IMG/VR virus record: IMGVR_UViG_3300011339_000406
Coordinates: 1 to 50,489 of that record
Reading direction: 5' to 3' (one strand)
Length of the DNA: 50,489 bases
Source of the DNA: a virus
Taxonomy: Duplodnaviria; Caudoviricetes
Shown here piece after piece: positions 36,543-45,126 of this stretch; the first letter of the stretch is position 1, and each line of letters starts with the position of its first letter. A program made the position numbers and the translations under genes. A model generated the notes under the pieces. It did not search any database, had not been told where the DNA came from, and saw nothing but the letters and a program-made list of their open reading frames with translations.

Positions 36543-36968
36543 TCAATTTTCCTTTGAACGTCTAACTACCACGGTGTAAGAATTCTCCACGTTGAGACCA
36601 ACGGGATACAAGTCGGGATTCTCTGCAAGAAAGTCCTTCATGTTTGTCTGATGAAGTCGTTTCTCCAGTAGGCCAAATGCACCTTGCCCTTCAATGAAGG
36701 AGTACATAGAATCCCAATCGTTCGTCCAGTACCGTGACTTAACTGAGCGAATGATTGTGCCGTGTGGGGTTTTGATGCTGTCGGCTCCGATGCGCTTGCA
36801 TGCTTCAAGCATTTCATCTGCGACTATCTGCATCTGCTCTTCGAGACCCTTGTCTCTCTCCTCAAACTCTTTCTTAGCTATCGCCCGCTTGTCGCGTATC
36901 TTGATGTACACGGCGGCTAGCTTGTCCATGTCAACGGAGGATGTTTGCTCCTGAACTGCTTCGTCCAT
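36543..36968 (-). CDS. Conserved phage coiled-coil protein
   Basis: YIKIRDKR...SIKTPHGT...DWDSMYSFI...LLEKRL; SD GGAG. Confidence 0.75.
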   Translation of the reverse strand: MDEAVQEQTSSVDMDKLAAVYIKIRDKRAIAKKEFEERDKGLEEQMQIVADEMLEACKRIGADSIKTPHGTIIRSVKSRYWTNDWDSMYSFIEGQGAFGLLEKRLHQTNMKDFLAENPDLYPVGLNVENSYTVVVRRSKEN

Positions 36969-36997
36969 TGTTTGCTCCAGTGGTTAGTGGGAGAAGA

Positions 36998-37025
36998 ACT
37001 ATAACACAACTTTTGACATTGTCAA
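36998..37025 (-). promoter_or_regulatory. Sigma70 promoter with a palindromic operator over the -35
   Basis: TTGACA-16-(TGn)TATAGT; perfect inverted repeat TTGACA-T-TGTCAA at 37013-37025. Confidence 0.8.
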
Positions 37026-37030
37026 CGTGT

Positions 37031-38410
37031 TTACGAAGAAATTTCTTGTCGGTATAAGTCTATGATTTTGCTGTGATTTCTTATGTTGCCCTGCAACATA
37101 GAGTACATCTTTGCTTCAACCGGACTGCCCGTGATGTGCACGATGGTCATGTTGTTGACCTGACCGGGGCGGTCAATTCGTGCGTTAGCTTGGAGGTAGG
37201 TTTCCACGCTAGTACAAGGAGCGTACCAGATGATTGTGTTCGCCGCCGTTAGGGTTAACCCGTGAGATGCGGCCTTTGGCTGGATGAGCAGCACCTTGGT
37301 TGTGTCCTGTTCTTGGAACCGCTTAACGATGTCGGAACGGTTATTAACACTGACGCTTCCGTTGATGACTTCACACGTTATGCCGTTCTTGATTAAGTGC
37401 TTCTCCAGTAGCTCGATGGTGTGCGTGAACGGGATAAACACCAGCACCTTGTGGCTCGACTCCTCAATGACTTCCTGTACCACATTCAGCCGATTGCCTA
37501 CGTCGAACTCGATAACTTCACCCTTGTCGGTGTACACCGCACCGCCCGCAATTTGCAACAGCTTGTTAATTTGTACCGCAGCATTGACCGCGCTCACTTC
37601 TTCCCCGTCGGCTTCAATCAGCATCTGCTTGCGTAATACGTTGTAGTACTTGTGCTGCTGCGGAGACATGATGGCTTCGCGTTCAACGAACGTCACCGGA
37701 GGTAGGTCAAGACACTGCTTCTTCTCAAACCGGATGGCGGGCTGGAGGATGTTGGCTACAAGCTGGCTTGAGTTGGGCTTGGGAACCCAGCGGTACATGC
37801 TCACCTTGGTCATCACCGTGTCCTTGAACTGCCCAAAGAACGGCGACACAGCCTTGGGGTTGACTAGCTTAGCGAGTCCGTAAGCATCCACAGGCGACTG
37901 CGCAGCAGGTGTACCCGTCAGCATCCACAGACCCTTGATGGCCTTGTTCAGGTCACGCATAACTTTCCAGCGGGTTGTCTGTGCGTTCTTATACGCAGAC
38001 GCCTCGTCCACCACAATCAAGTCGAAACCACCGGCAAGTATTTCCTTCTTGACAATGCCCACTCCATCGAAGTTGATGATGACGAACTCGGCCATGCCGT
38101 TGATGACTTCCTTGCGCTTCTCTGCGCTGCCATAAGCTATCGCAACCGTGCGGTGGAGAGCAAACTTGAACAGGTCACCCTGCCACGCCGACTTCATAAT
38201 GGACAGGGGGCACACCACTAACACTCGTTTCACCAGCCCTATCTGCATGAGATAGTCCACGGCCCAAATCACTGATGCTGTCTTACCTGTACCCTGCTCG
38301 TTGAAGCAGAATGCTTTGGGGTTTGCTAATAGGAACTCGGCTGTTAACTTCTGATGCGCGAACGGGGTGAACCCGTGTGGACGGGGCCACTCATACTCTG
38401 ATAGGTTCAT
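37031..38410 (-). CDS. SNF2-family (SF2) helicase
   Basis: EQGTGKT, VDEAS, LTGTP, HGLTLTAA and QANARIDRPGQ motifs. Confidence 0.9.
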   Translation of the reverse strand: MNLSEYEWPRPHGFTPFAHQKLTAEFLLANPKAFCFNEQGTGKTASVIWAVDYLMQIGLVKRVLVVCPLSIMKSAWQGDLFKFALHRTVAIAYGSAEKRKEVINGMAEFVIINFDGVGIVKKEILAGGFDLIVVDEASAYKNAQTTRWKVMRDLNKAIKGLWMLTGTPAAQSPVDAYGLAKLVNPKAVSPFFGQFKDTVMTKVSMYRWVPKPNSSQLVANILQPAIRFEKKQCLDLPPVTFVEREAIMSPQQHKYYNVLRKQMLIEADGEEVSAVNAAVQINKLLQIAGGAVYTDKGEVIEFDVGNRLNVVQEVIEESSHKVLVFIPFTHTIELLEKHLIKNGITCEVINGSVSVNNRSDIVKRFQEQDTTKVLLIQPKAASHGLTLTAANTIIWYAPCTSVETYLQANARIDRPGQVNNMTIVHITGSPVEAKMYSMLQGNIRNHSKIIDLYRQEISS

Positions 38411-38682
38411 TTTTTGGGTTTGTTGATTTTGACCGTGTGGTCTGAGTTACGGGTGAAAGAACGGTTGGCACTTGGGCTTTTCAGCTTCAGGTTACCCGCA
38501 GCGTTTGTGCCCCCTTTGGATAGAGGGATTGCATGGTCGATGTCCTTACCGGCTCGGTCAACACCCTTCTTGTCCATCTCGGTGCGGGCACGTTGACGTT
38601 CAAGGCGGGGCTTCTCTTCGCCTCGGTCTAGCTGTTGCTGGTATTCCTTTTTGTAAGGTCTAGGCTTGTTTACGTATGGCAT
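38407..38682 (-). CDS. Small HNH-fold protein
   Basis: DIDHAIPLSKGGTN...NL...SANRS. Confidence 0.75.
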   Translation of the reverse strand: MPYVNKPRPYKKEYQQQLDRGEEKPRLERQRARTEMDKKGVDRAGKDIDHAIPLSKGGTNAAGNLKLKSPSANRSFTRNSDHTVKINKPKK

Positions 38683-38684
38683 TA

Positions 38685-39023
38685 TTAGCTTCCAATCGTG
38701 GTTCTGAGTTTGTAGCAGTGCACTAGGTTTTCCATAGCTGAAAAGAAAGCTTGGGCTTCCATACCGCCATAGAGTGTTAACTGTACTTTATCGCTGGTAA
38801 AGTCGTAGTCATCTGGAAAACCTTTTGCATCAACTGCTATGTGGCTACCACCGTAACCACCCGTGTCAAAGGTGATTACAGTCTCTTCACTGTCGCCACC
38901 TGTGTTGTCGTTAGTGACCGTGATGTTTAAGAATTCCCAAAACGCACTTTCTTCAGCGTTCGCAACTTTTGCGTGTTCAAACTTCTCGTGGTCAAAGTCC
39001 AACCACTGTTTTGTTTCCTTCAT
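38685..39023 (-). CDS. Hypothetical protein
   Basis: SD AGGAG; acidic 112-aa ORF filling the gap between neighbours. Confidence 0.7.
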   Translation of the reverse strand: MKETKQWLDFDHEKFEHAKVANAEESAFWEFLNITVTNDNTGGDSEETVITFDTGGYGGSHIAVDAKGFPDDYDFTSDKVQLTLYGGMEAQAFFSAMENLVHCYKLRTTIGS

Positions 39024-39025
39024 GT

Positions 39026-39691
39026 TTAGCTCCTGTTGTACTCACATGACTTCACTGCGCAGAACTTGCACAGTGGGCCGCTTATGGGGTTCCACACCCC
39101 GTTCTTTATCGCTGCCTCGATACGGGCAACGTCTTGTGATGGCTTCTCTAGGTACTTGACCATCATCTCCTTGTGGTGCTCAGCCCGCACGAACTCCTTA
39201 CTCACTACAAAGATAAGGCCCGACTTCACCCTCTGTATCTCCGGAAACTTGGCAAACAAGCCACAGGCAACAATGTCCAGTTGCTTCACGTCCGCATATC
39301 TCGCACTCTTGCTTGTCTTGTAGTCCACCGAGTGGGCCACCCCCGTCTTCCGATTGATAATGACCAAATCGGCTATCCCATGCCACCATACATTCGGTGC
39401 ACTGAAATCGCAAGCCTCTAGGTCTTTGGTCAGCCCCAGTTTCACCTCGCATAGCTTTTCTCCTTCGATGTTCTTAAGCGCGTCCAACGTGGGCTGCATG
39501 TACTCAAAGGCAGAGGGAACTGGCACATCATCGCGGATGTATTCTTCGGCCACCGTGTGGGCAGTCTTGCCGTACAGCGTAGCTTGCGTGTCGGGCTCAA
39601 CTATGTCCTTGGCTATTTTGGTGTGGTAGTACTTCCTCGGACATTGCTGAAACGTCTTTAAGCTGCTGAATGACCAGACGATGTTTTTCAT
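39026..39691 (-). CDS. PD-(D/E)xK exonuclease (RecB/Cas4-like)
   Basis: WSFSSL...CPRKY, G...H, E, GIADL, DYKT, Q and C-terminal CKFC-x4-C. Confidence 0.85.
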   Translation of the reverse strand: MKNIVWSFSSLKTFQQCPRKYYHTKIAKDIVEPDTQATLYGKTAHTVAEEYIRDDVPVPSAFEYMQPTLDALKNIEGEKLCEVKLGLTKDLEACDFSAPNVWWHGIADLVIINRKTGVAHSVDYKTSKSARYADVKQLDIVACGLFAKFPEIQRVKSGLIFVVSKEFVRAEHHKEMMVKYLEKPSQDVARIEAAIKNGVWNPISGPLCKFCAVKSCEYNRS

Positions 39692-40104
39692 TCGGTAAAC
39701 CCTAGTTGGCGTAAAGTCTCAGCGGCCTTTGCTGGGCGGGCGGCGTTTGACGGCTTATCCCTGACGCTCTCAGCAACAGACCACAGCGCGGTATGACGGG
39801 GCGGGTTAACCCACTCCGTAATGTAAACATCTTTCATGCCCCTCAGTTTCTTTCGCACATCGCCCACAGTTATCCCTACGACTTTACCAATCTGCACGGG
39901 CGATAGGCCATTGGGTACGCTGCGTAGCAGATTGCGTATTTCATCTGGCTTGCTACTTTTTCTATAGTTGTCCCACACAGCAAAAGTTTCTTTGGTGGAA
40001 AAGCTATGTTCGTTAGCGCATTGGTAGCGGCGGTAAACTTCGTTGTTGGGTTTGCTGCGAGTCTCTTTCACCTCCACCCATGCCTTGCATGTTGGGCACT
40101 TCAT
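39688..40104 (-). CDS. Zn-ribbon (NrdR/Ogr-like) + HTH protein
   Basis: MKCPTC...ETR...RRYQCANEHSFSTKE, followed by an HTH-like segment. Confidence 0.7.
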   Translation of the reverse strand: MKCPTCKAWVEVKETRSKPNNEVYRRYQCANEHSFSTKETFAVWDNYRKSSKPDEIRNLLRSVPNGLSPVQIGKVVGITVGDVRKKLRGMKDVYITEWVNPPRHTALWSVAESVRDKPSNAARPAKAAETLRQLGFTE

Positions 40105-40286
40105 TGTTGCTGTTCCTTCATGTGCCGCAGTGCACCGTACATAAGCCGTGCACAAATGACCGCATCCATAGTGTGAGTCATAGCTTGTTCCAGCTTACCG
40201 TCCAGCACAGCGTTGTGCGCGTCCTTCAATGCCTTTTCTGCGTCCATGCAGGGTTTAGCGTAATCAATAATCTCAGCAGTCGCCAT
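40101..40286 (-). CDS. Hypothetical protein
   Basis: MATAEIIDYAKPC...; SD GGAG; overlaps both neighbours. Confidence 0.65.
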   Translation of the reverse strand: MATAEIIDYAKPCMDAEKALKDAHNAVLDGKLEQAMTHTMDAVICARLMYGALRHMKEQQQ

Positions 40287-42090
40287 AGCTTGCTCCATAT
40301 CCAGCCTCACAATTTAAGGGTAATTCAAGCGCCCACTGGGGACGTAGGCGCATACATAGTTCAACGTACTCTTTAGCAACTTCAGCCTCGGCTGCGGGCA
40401 CAATGATGGCAATCGCGTCATGGACGGTCATCACCACACGGTACTTCTTGGCAATCATCAGCATCTGCTCCCCAATGATGATACGGGCTAGGGCTTGGCA
40501 CACGTTCTCAATGACCTTGCCGCCGTAAATTCGGTTGGGGATGGTGGCCTTGCCCTTCTTGGTGTCGTAGACGATTTCGGCCTTGCCTTCCTCGTTCTCG
40601 TATAGGCGCAAGTTGGGGTACTTCAAGCGCAAGCCATTTGGCAAGATGATGCCGTCTGCGCCCTGAACGGATAGAAAGTCGCCGCGTCCAAGATGCGTCT
40701 TCTGCTTCTGTAGTATGGCCTTGAGTGCTTCTCCTGCGTCTTTCCATAGCTCCACAATTTGCGGGTACGTCAAGCGGTACGTGTCGATGATGCGCTTGGC
40801 CTCATCTAGGGTTACCTCAACGCCAAAATTCTTGAGTTGGGCTTGGAACTTAGCTGGGCCCATGCCATACCCTGCACCGAGGATGGTCGTTTTGCCCACG
40901 AACCGTTCGTCTTTGGTAATCGACTCAATCGGCTTGTTGTAGATGGCCGAGGCCATTATTTTGTAGACATCCTCACCATCCTCAAACGCTTGCACTAGGT
41001 CGTTCTGCCCTGCCAGCCATGCCAACGTCCGCGCTTCAATCTGTGAAGAGTCCGAGTCCAGTATCACGTAGCCCGCAGGGGCAATGATGGCTTGCTTTAA
41101 CTTGGACTTGCGTGGTAGGTTCTGTAGGTTCACCTTGTCATCGCCGCCCCAACGCCCCGTGTGTGCTGCGTAGTAGCGTAGGGGTACAGGCAACGGGCCT
41201 CGGTTAGCAATCCCAATGAACCGCTCGGTGCGTGTCTCCTCAATGGTGGACTTTGTGCCTAGCCGCGCAGCTACAAGTGCTTGTACTTCGTGGTGTGGGT
41301 GCTCAAGCAACGCCTTGAACTCCTCGTCAGTCTTGGAGAACGCATACGTCTGCTTGCCCGTAGTGGGGCTCTTCTTCATCGGGGGTTCTACCCCCAATTC
41401 CCGCAGTGACGCTGCAAATCTTGGATTGCTCATTAGGTCGTCTTTATCGTAGGCACCTAGAACAATTTCTTTAGTGGCTTTAACCTTATACAAGTGCTCT
41501 TCCAATACCCCTACGTCCAACCGCAACACCGGCTCGGTGAACATCTTGATGGTCAGGTCAATGAGCCGCAACTCAGTCGGCGGGAACTCTTTGCTCATCG
41601 CATTGAACAACGCCCATGTCAGGGTCACATCGTTCTTGCAATAGTCACCGTACCGTGCAAGCTGGTCGGCAGGGAACGCTTCACGGCGTAGCCCCAAGGC
41701 ATTGACTACCTCAGTACCCTTAACGCCAAGGCCATAGTGGGCTGAAAGCACAGCCAAGCTACCGCCTACCTCTGTTCCATGTAACGCACGGCCCATGCTT
41801 AGCGTGTCCAGCCACCCCTTGGGCTTGATGCCGAACTGCTCGGACAGAATGAACCCGTCGAACACAGCGTTATGGGCTAGTGCAAGAGAGTTCCTCCAGT
41901 CATACCCCGACAAAAACTGCGCAGTCTCTATCATGCTTCCGGTGAACCACTCGGGCTCACCGTCGTCTACCTGTACTGCAACACCGATAACCTCGAAATA
42001 CGTGCTGCGTATGTACTCCTCAGTGGTGTACTTCTTTAACCCATAGTCCGCAGAGTAGTAGGTCTCAAAGTCAATCGTGATGATGTTCAT
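40273..42090 (-). CDS. polA: DNA polymerase family A with 3'-5' exonuclease
   Basis: ExoI DFETY, ExoII HNAVFD, ExoIII YCKND; HTGRW, NLQNLP; motif A DSSQIEAR, motif B RFVGKTTILGAGYG, motif C VHDA. Confidence 0.95.
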   Translation of the reverse strand: MNIITIDFETYYSADYGLKKYTTEEYIRSTYFEVIGVAVQVDDGEPEWFTGSMIETAQFLSGYDWRNSLALAHNAVFDGFILSEQFGIKPKGWLDTLSMGRALHGTEVGGSLAVLSAHYGLGVKGTEVVNALGLRREAFPADQLARYGDYCKNDVTLTWALFNAMSKEFPPTELRLIDLTIKMFTEPVLRLDVGVLEEHLYKVKATKEIVLGAYDKDDLMSNPRFAASLRELGVEPPMKKSPTTGKQTYAFSKTDEEFKALLEHPHHEVQALVAARLGTKSTIEETRTERFIGIANRGPLPVPLRYYAAHTGRWGGDDKVNLQNLPRKSKLKQAIIAPAGYVILDSDSSQIEARTLAWLAGQNDLVQAFEDGEDVYKIMASAIYNKPIESITKDERFVGKTTILGAGYGMGPAKFQAQLKNFGVEVTLDEAKRIIDTYRLTYPQIVELWKDAGEALKAILQKQKTHLGRGDFLSVQGADGIILPNGLRLKYPNLRLYENEEGKAEIVYDTKKGKATIPNRIYGGKVIENVCQALARIIIGEQMLMIAKKYRVVMTVHDAIAIIVPAAEAEVAKEYVELCMRLRPQWALELPLNCEAGYGASYGDC

Positions 42091-42524
42091 TTGTACGGGT
42101 TTTGGGTGTTGAGTGCAGGGTTGTAAGTGTTGACAGCGCCATTGGATAAGGCGTTGTATGCTCTATTGTTAGCGTCTCGCTGCTGTTGGCTGTTCCCTAG
42201 CTGCGCTGCACCAAACACATCATTGAGGCCGGTGCTTATTTCATTGACCACATGCTTCCTAGTCATAACCCCACTAGACCGTGCCTGTTTCACCGTTTCT
42301 TCCTCGGTGTCCCGCAGTATCCTGCGCATGACAAGCTCGTCGAACTCTTTGCGCCGCGCCTCTTTCAATGCCTCGTGCAACGCGCCCTTCTCGGGCTCGG
42401 TCATCACATCGCGGAAGTTGGGCTCGAACATGAAAGCCCATTTACCGGCGTTGCCGTAGAACTCTTCGGGGTTGGATTCCATACGGCCTAGTAGTGCACG
42501 TACACCTGCTGATAGTTCGCTCAT
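42087..42524 (-). CDS. Hypothetical protein
   Basis: LLGRMESNPEEF motif; ATGA overlaps on both sides. Confidence 0.7.
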   Translation of the reverse strand: MSELSAGVRALLGRMESNPEEFYGNAGKWAFMFEPNFRDVMTEPEKGALHEALKEARRKEFDELVMRRILRDTEEETVKQARSSGVMTRKHVVNEISTGLNDVFGAAQLGNSQQQRDANNRAYNALSNGAVNTYNPALNTQNPYK

Positions 42525-42823
42525 TTTTTCTCCTTCATAAGGTTAAGATAGCCCCCAAGGGCAGATACATTGTCTTCGCTGAGGACGCAAGTTATGCCCC
42601 CAGCGGTTTCAATATCGCGTAGATTTTTGTCTTGTAGTGCGGTGGTCTTGCCACCATTGGCCTTGGCTTCGATAGCCAAAAACCTACCTTCGTAGCAGCA
42701 CAAAAAGTCGGGTACTCCTGCATTGCCATACCCCGTACCAATCGGCATCGCGTAGTAGACCCCATGCACTTTGAGGATGGCCTTGATTTTGGCCTTGACA
42801 GCTACCTCTGGAGTTCGTGCCAT
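42521..42823 (-). CDS. VRR-NUC domain nuclease (resolvase-like)
   Basis: TPE..VK, GVPDFL, FLAIEAKA and TALQ motifs; SD GGAGG before ATG at 42823. Confidence 0.85.
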   Translation of the reverse strand: MARTPEVAVKAKIKAILKVHGVYYAMPIGTGYGNAGVPDFLCCYEGRFLAIEAKANGGKTTALQDKNLRDIETAGGITCVLSEDNVSALGGYLNLMKEKK

Positions 42824-43272
42824 ACAACCTCCTTTTGGAAAGAACCCCATTGTTTCCACCGCCAGTGCGCTAATTCTTTACTTACCCCCACTAGCGCCGC
42901 GCACTCCACTAGCGTTCCAGTAAATACACCGTTGGAGTACCACCGTGTGGACGTTTTGTTTTTTTGCTGCTCGCTACGTGTAGCCCAGCGGCAATTGCTC
43001 GGTTTGTAGCCTAAGTTGGTGTTTACTCGCTCCAAACTATACTCAGCATTTGGGCGCTTCCCCATGTCCGCAAGAAAGTTTTCGTACTTTAACCATCGCT
43101 TACAGACTTTTATACCCCGAGCACCGTAGTACTCGTATGCGCTTTGGTTAGGGTTGGTACACCGAGCAACCATGGTGCGCCAAGTGTAGTGTTCAGGCCG
43201 TTCCTTACCACCCAAATAGCCGCCATGCGTAGTACGCGCTGCCATCCAATTAACACGTTGTTCAGGGGTCAT
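42802..43272 (-). mobile_element. Free-standing HNH homing endonuclease gene
   Basis: THG, WRTMVARC, YGARGIKVCKRW, FLADMG.RP and SLERVNTNLGYKPSNCRWAT..EQQKN motifs; SD GGAG before ATG at 43272. Confidence 0.85.
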
Positions 43273-43325
43273 AATTTTCTCCAAGGTTCAGGAGTATTGT
43301 ACCCTAGTTCAGGTGTCGCTGCCAT
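43269..43325 (-). pseudogene. 18-codon leader ORF, probably the remnant 5' end of the VRR-NUC gene
   Basis: SD GGAG + MAATPELGYNTPEPWRKL*; MAATPE matches MARTPE of the VRR-NUC gene; its stop overlaps the HNH ATG. Confidence 0.6.
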
Positions 43326-43353
43326 CTAATACTCCAGTAGTTTTCAGGCCCCC

Positions 43354-43381
43354 ACTGTAGCACAGTATTGGACTTTGTCAA
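43354..43381 (-). promoter_or_regulatory. Sigma70 promoter
   Basis: TTGACA-16-(TGn)TACAGT; closely similar to the promoter at 36998-37025. Confidence 0.8.
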
Positions 43382-43391
43382 CGTCAGAAAC

Positions 43392-43414
43392 AAAAAAACC
43401 GCCCGAAGGCGGTT
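43392..43414 (-). terminator. Rho-independent terminator
   Basis: On the - strand: AACCGCC-TTCG-GGCGGTT followed by TTTTT. Confidence 0.9.
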
Positions 43415-43433
43415 GGGGTTTTCCCTAACAATG

Positions 43434-43928
43434 TTAGGTTGCTAAGGTCTCCTGTAACTTGGTGGCGTACCACACTAGCTTAGCCAAGTCCTCAGAGGCA
43501 TCGCCCTTGTAACCCACTCGGCTAGAGTACTTCAACACGTTGCCTTGCAAGTAGCCACGGAACTCTTCAGTCGTTAGCTTAGCTTGGATGAAGTCGATGA
43601 CCTCGATACCGCCTACCTTGTAATGCGGAGGGCTGTTGACCATGTCTACCTCTATCTTGGGTTCTTCCATCGTGATGGGCATCTCCATTATCCTAGGCTC
43701 AAACGGGGTGTTGCTTGAGACCACGGCTATCGGTGTCCACGCTCCTGCCTTAGCTTTCCTTGTGTACCTACGCTTGGGTGCACCAAACTTTTTGTCTCGC
43801 CATAGTGTGGCATGCACACGATGCACCTTGATGCCTAGTTCCTTAGCTATCTCCATAGGTTTTGCCTTGGGATTAAGTTTCATGTAGACACGGATTTTAT
43901 GTGCCGCGCTGTTTTTATGTGTTGCCAT
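43434..43928 (-). CDS. DUF3310 (T7 gp1.7/SaV-like) protein with N-terminal HTH-like region
   Basis: DMVNSPPHY..GGIEVIDFI...GNVLKY..R...KG...EDL.K..WY. Confidence 0.85.
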   Translation of the reverse strand: MATHKNSAAHKIRVYMKLNPKAKPMEIAKELGIKVHRVHATLWRDKKFGAPKRRYTRKAKAGAWTPIAVVSSNTPFEPRIMEMPITMEEPKIEVDMVNSPPHYKVGGIEVIDFIQAKLTTEEFRGYLQGNVLKYSSRVGYKGDASEDLAKLVWYATKLQETLAT

Positions 43929-44133
43929 TGCTAGCTCCTTGCTGTTGGTTGGTTACGTACTCGGTAAGAATTTCTCGGATTTTGGCTTGCTTTGTGTACG
44001 GATGGTTTGTGCTGAAGTAGTCCAACACATTCCTTGGTAAACGCAAGCTCGTAGCAAACAACGACGGCTTCTTACTGGGGCCGCGCCCTTTGCGCTTTTT
44101 CTCGGGTTTCAAATACTCAATTCCGGTAGTCAT
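43915..44133 (-). CDS. Small ribbon-helix-helix-like DNA-binding protein
   Basis: GRGP + TSLRLPRNVLDYF...QAKIREILTEYV (BrnA/CopG-like pattern). Confidence 0.6.
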   Translation of the reverse strand: MTTGIEYLKPEKKRKGRGPSKKPSLFATSLRLPRNVLDYFSTNHPYTKQAKIREILTEYVTNQQQGASNGNT

Positions 44134-44141
44134 GTTTTTTC

Positions 44142-44378
44142 CTAGTAGACGTTGTGCTTACGTGAACGCACGTAGCCACTGTTGGGTGTCATCAACTCGC
44201 TCCTTGGCTCATCGTAAAACTTACGGTTTCGCACTGACGCGCTGCTGTTAAACTTTTCAGGTGCTGACTTACGGATAGCCGCAATGACTGCATCTAGTTC
44301 CTTGTTGTCCACGTTGAAGTCCTCGCGGTTAGGACGCGCTGCCCACACTAGCATCTGCTGATGCTCAATACTTAACAT
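44142..44378 (-). CDS. Hypothetical protein
   Basis: SD AAGGAG; fits the tightly packed operon. Confidence 0.65.
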   Translation of the reverse strand: MLSIEHQQMLVWAARPNREDFNVDNKELDAVIAAIRKSAPEKFNSSASVRNRKFYDEPRSELMTPNSGYVRSRKHNVY

Positions 44379-44380
44379 CT

Positions 44381-44617
44381 TTACTCCTTCTTCAGGGACT
44401 TTATGTACACGGCAAAACTGTCCCTAGTCGTTGTGCCGAAAGCTTCTATGTCGTCGATACGCATAGCCGCCATGTTGAGTGCCGAGTTCCATCCATCAGT
44501 GAAAGCGTTAAGGTGTTCTACCCCCTTCGACTTCAGCATGTCCCGCAGTTCGTCCCGCTGTGCCTTGATGCACTCAGGGTAGTGGCAGTAGTAGCTGCAT
44601 GAATGAACGTCATCCAC
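44381..44617 (-). CDS. Hypothetical protein
   Basis: HSCSYYC..PECIKAQRDELRD Cys/His motif. Confidence 0.65.
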   Translation of the reverse strand: MDDVHSCSYYCHYPECIKAQRDELRDMLKSKGVEHLNAFTDGWNSALNMAAMRIDDIEAFGTTTRDSFAVYIKSLKKE

Positions 44618-44792
44618 CGTTCTGCCCCTTCAATTTAGCGTTTATCAAGCGTGTAAAGATTCGGGTGAATTCCCTGCTGCCAGCACCAATCATGTGCCGT
44701 TGCGTTTCAACAAATAGGTCATCAGCATCGTCGTCTGTCAGGTCTACCCACGGCTTCTTGTAGACCTGTATGTCATCATCCTCGTCATCCAT
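44610..44792 (-). CDS. Hypothetical protein (PWVDLTDD module)
   Basis: SD AAGGAG; shares a module with the adjacent ORF. Confidence 0.6.
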   Translation of the reverse strand: MDDEDDDIQVYKKPWVDLTDDDADDLFVETQRHMIGAGSREFTRIFTRLINAKLKGQNGG

Positions 44793-45126
44793 TGTTCTTC
44801 TCCTTCAGCTTGGCTTCAATCTGGTCAAACAGTTTGCGGGTGTAGCCCTTGACGGGCGTGTCGCCCCACGACCCAATGATTTCTTTAATCTCCTCATCAG
44901 TCAGCCCTACCCACGGGCGCTGTGGTGGGGTGGTGTAGAGATGTCCTGTATATTTCTCAGGCAAAGCAGATTTCACAAGCACACCATCAATTACCAACGC
45001 CACAGGCTCCTGCGCTGGCTCCTGCATCTTGTTCGCAGCCATCTGCCGCTTAGCCTGATAGCCACCACCCCAATCACCCTGCCGCTTCGCCAATTCGTCA
45101 AACGCTTCGTCTTCTGCATCTTTCAT
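44785..45126 (-). CDS. Hypothetical protein (QEPVA/PWVGLTDEE module)
   Basis: ATG at 45126 with SD GGAG; QEPVA...LYTTPPQRPWVGLTDEEI...IEAKLKEKN. Confidence 0.7.
   Translation of the reverse strand: MKDAEDEAFDELAKRQGDWGGGYQAKRQMAANKMQEPAQEPVALVIDGVLVKSALPEKYTGHLYTTPPQRPWVGLTDEEIKEIIGSWGDTPVKGYTRKLFDQIEAKLKEKNNG

Noticed and set aside
39026-39691. Cas4 as evidence of a CRISPR system
   Set aside because: Stand-alone phage PD-(D/E)xK nuclease in a replication module; no array or other cas genes.
42802-43325. Group I intron around the HNH gene
   Set aside because: There is no non-coding space for a ribozyme core, and the downstream gene has its own SD and start.
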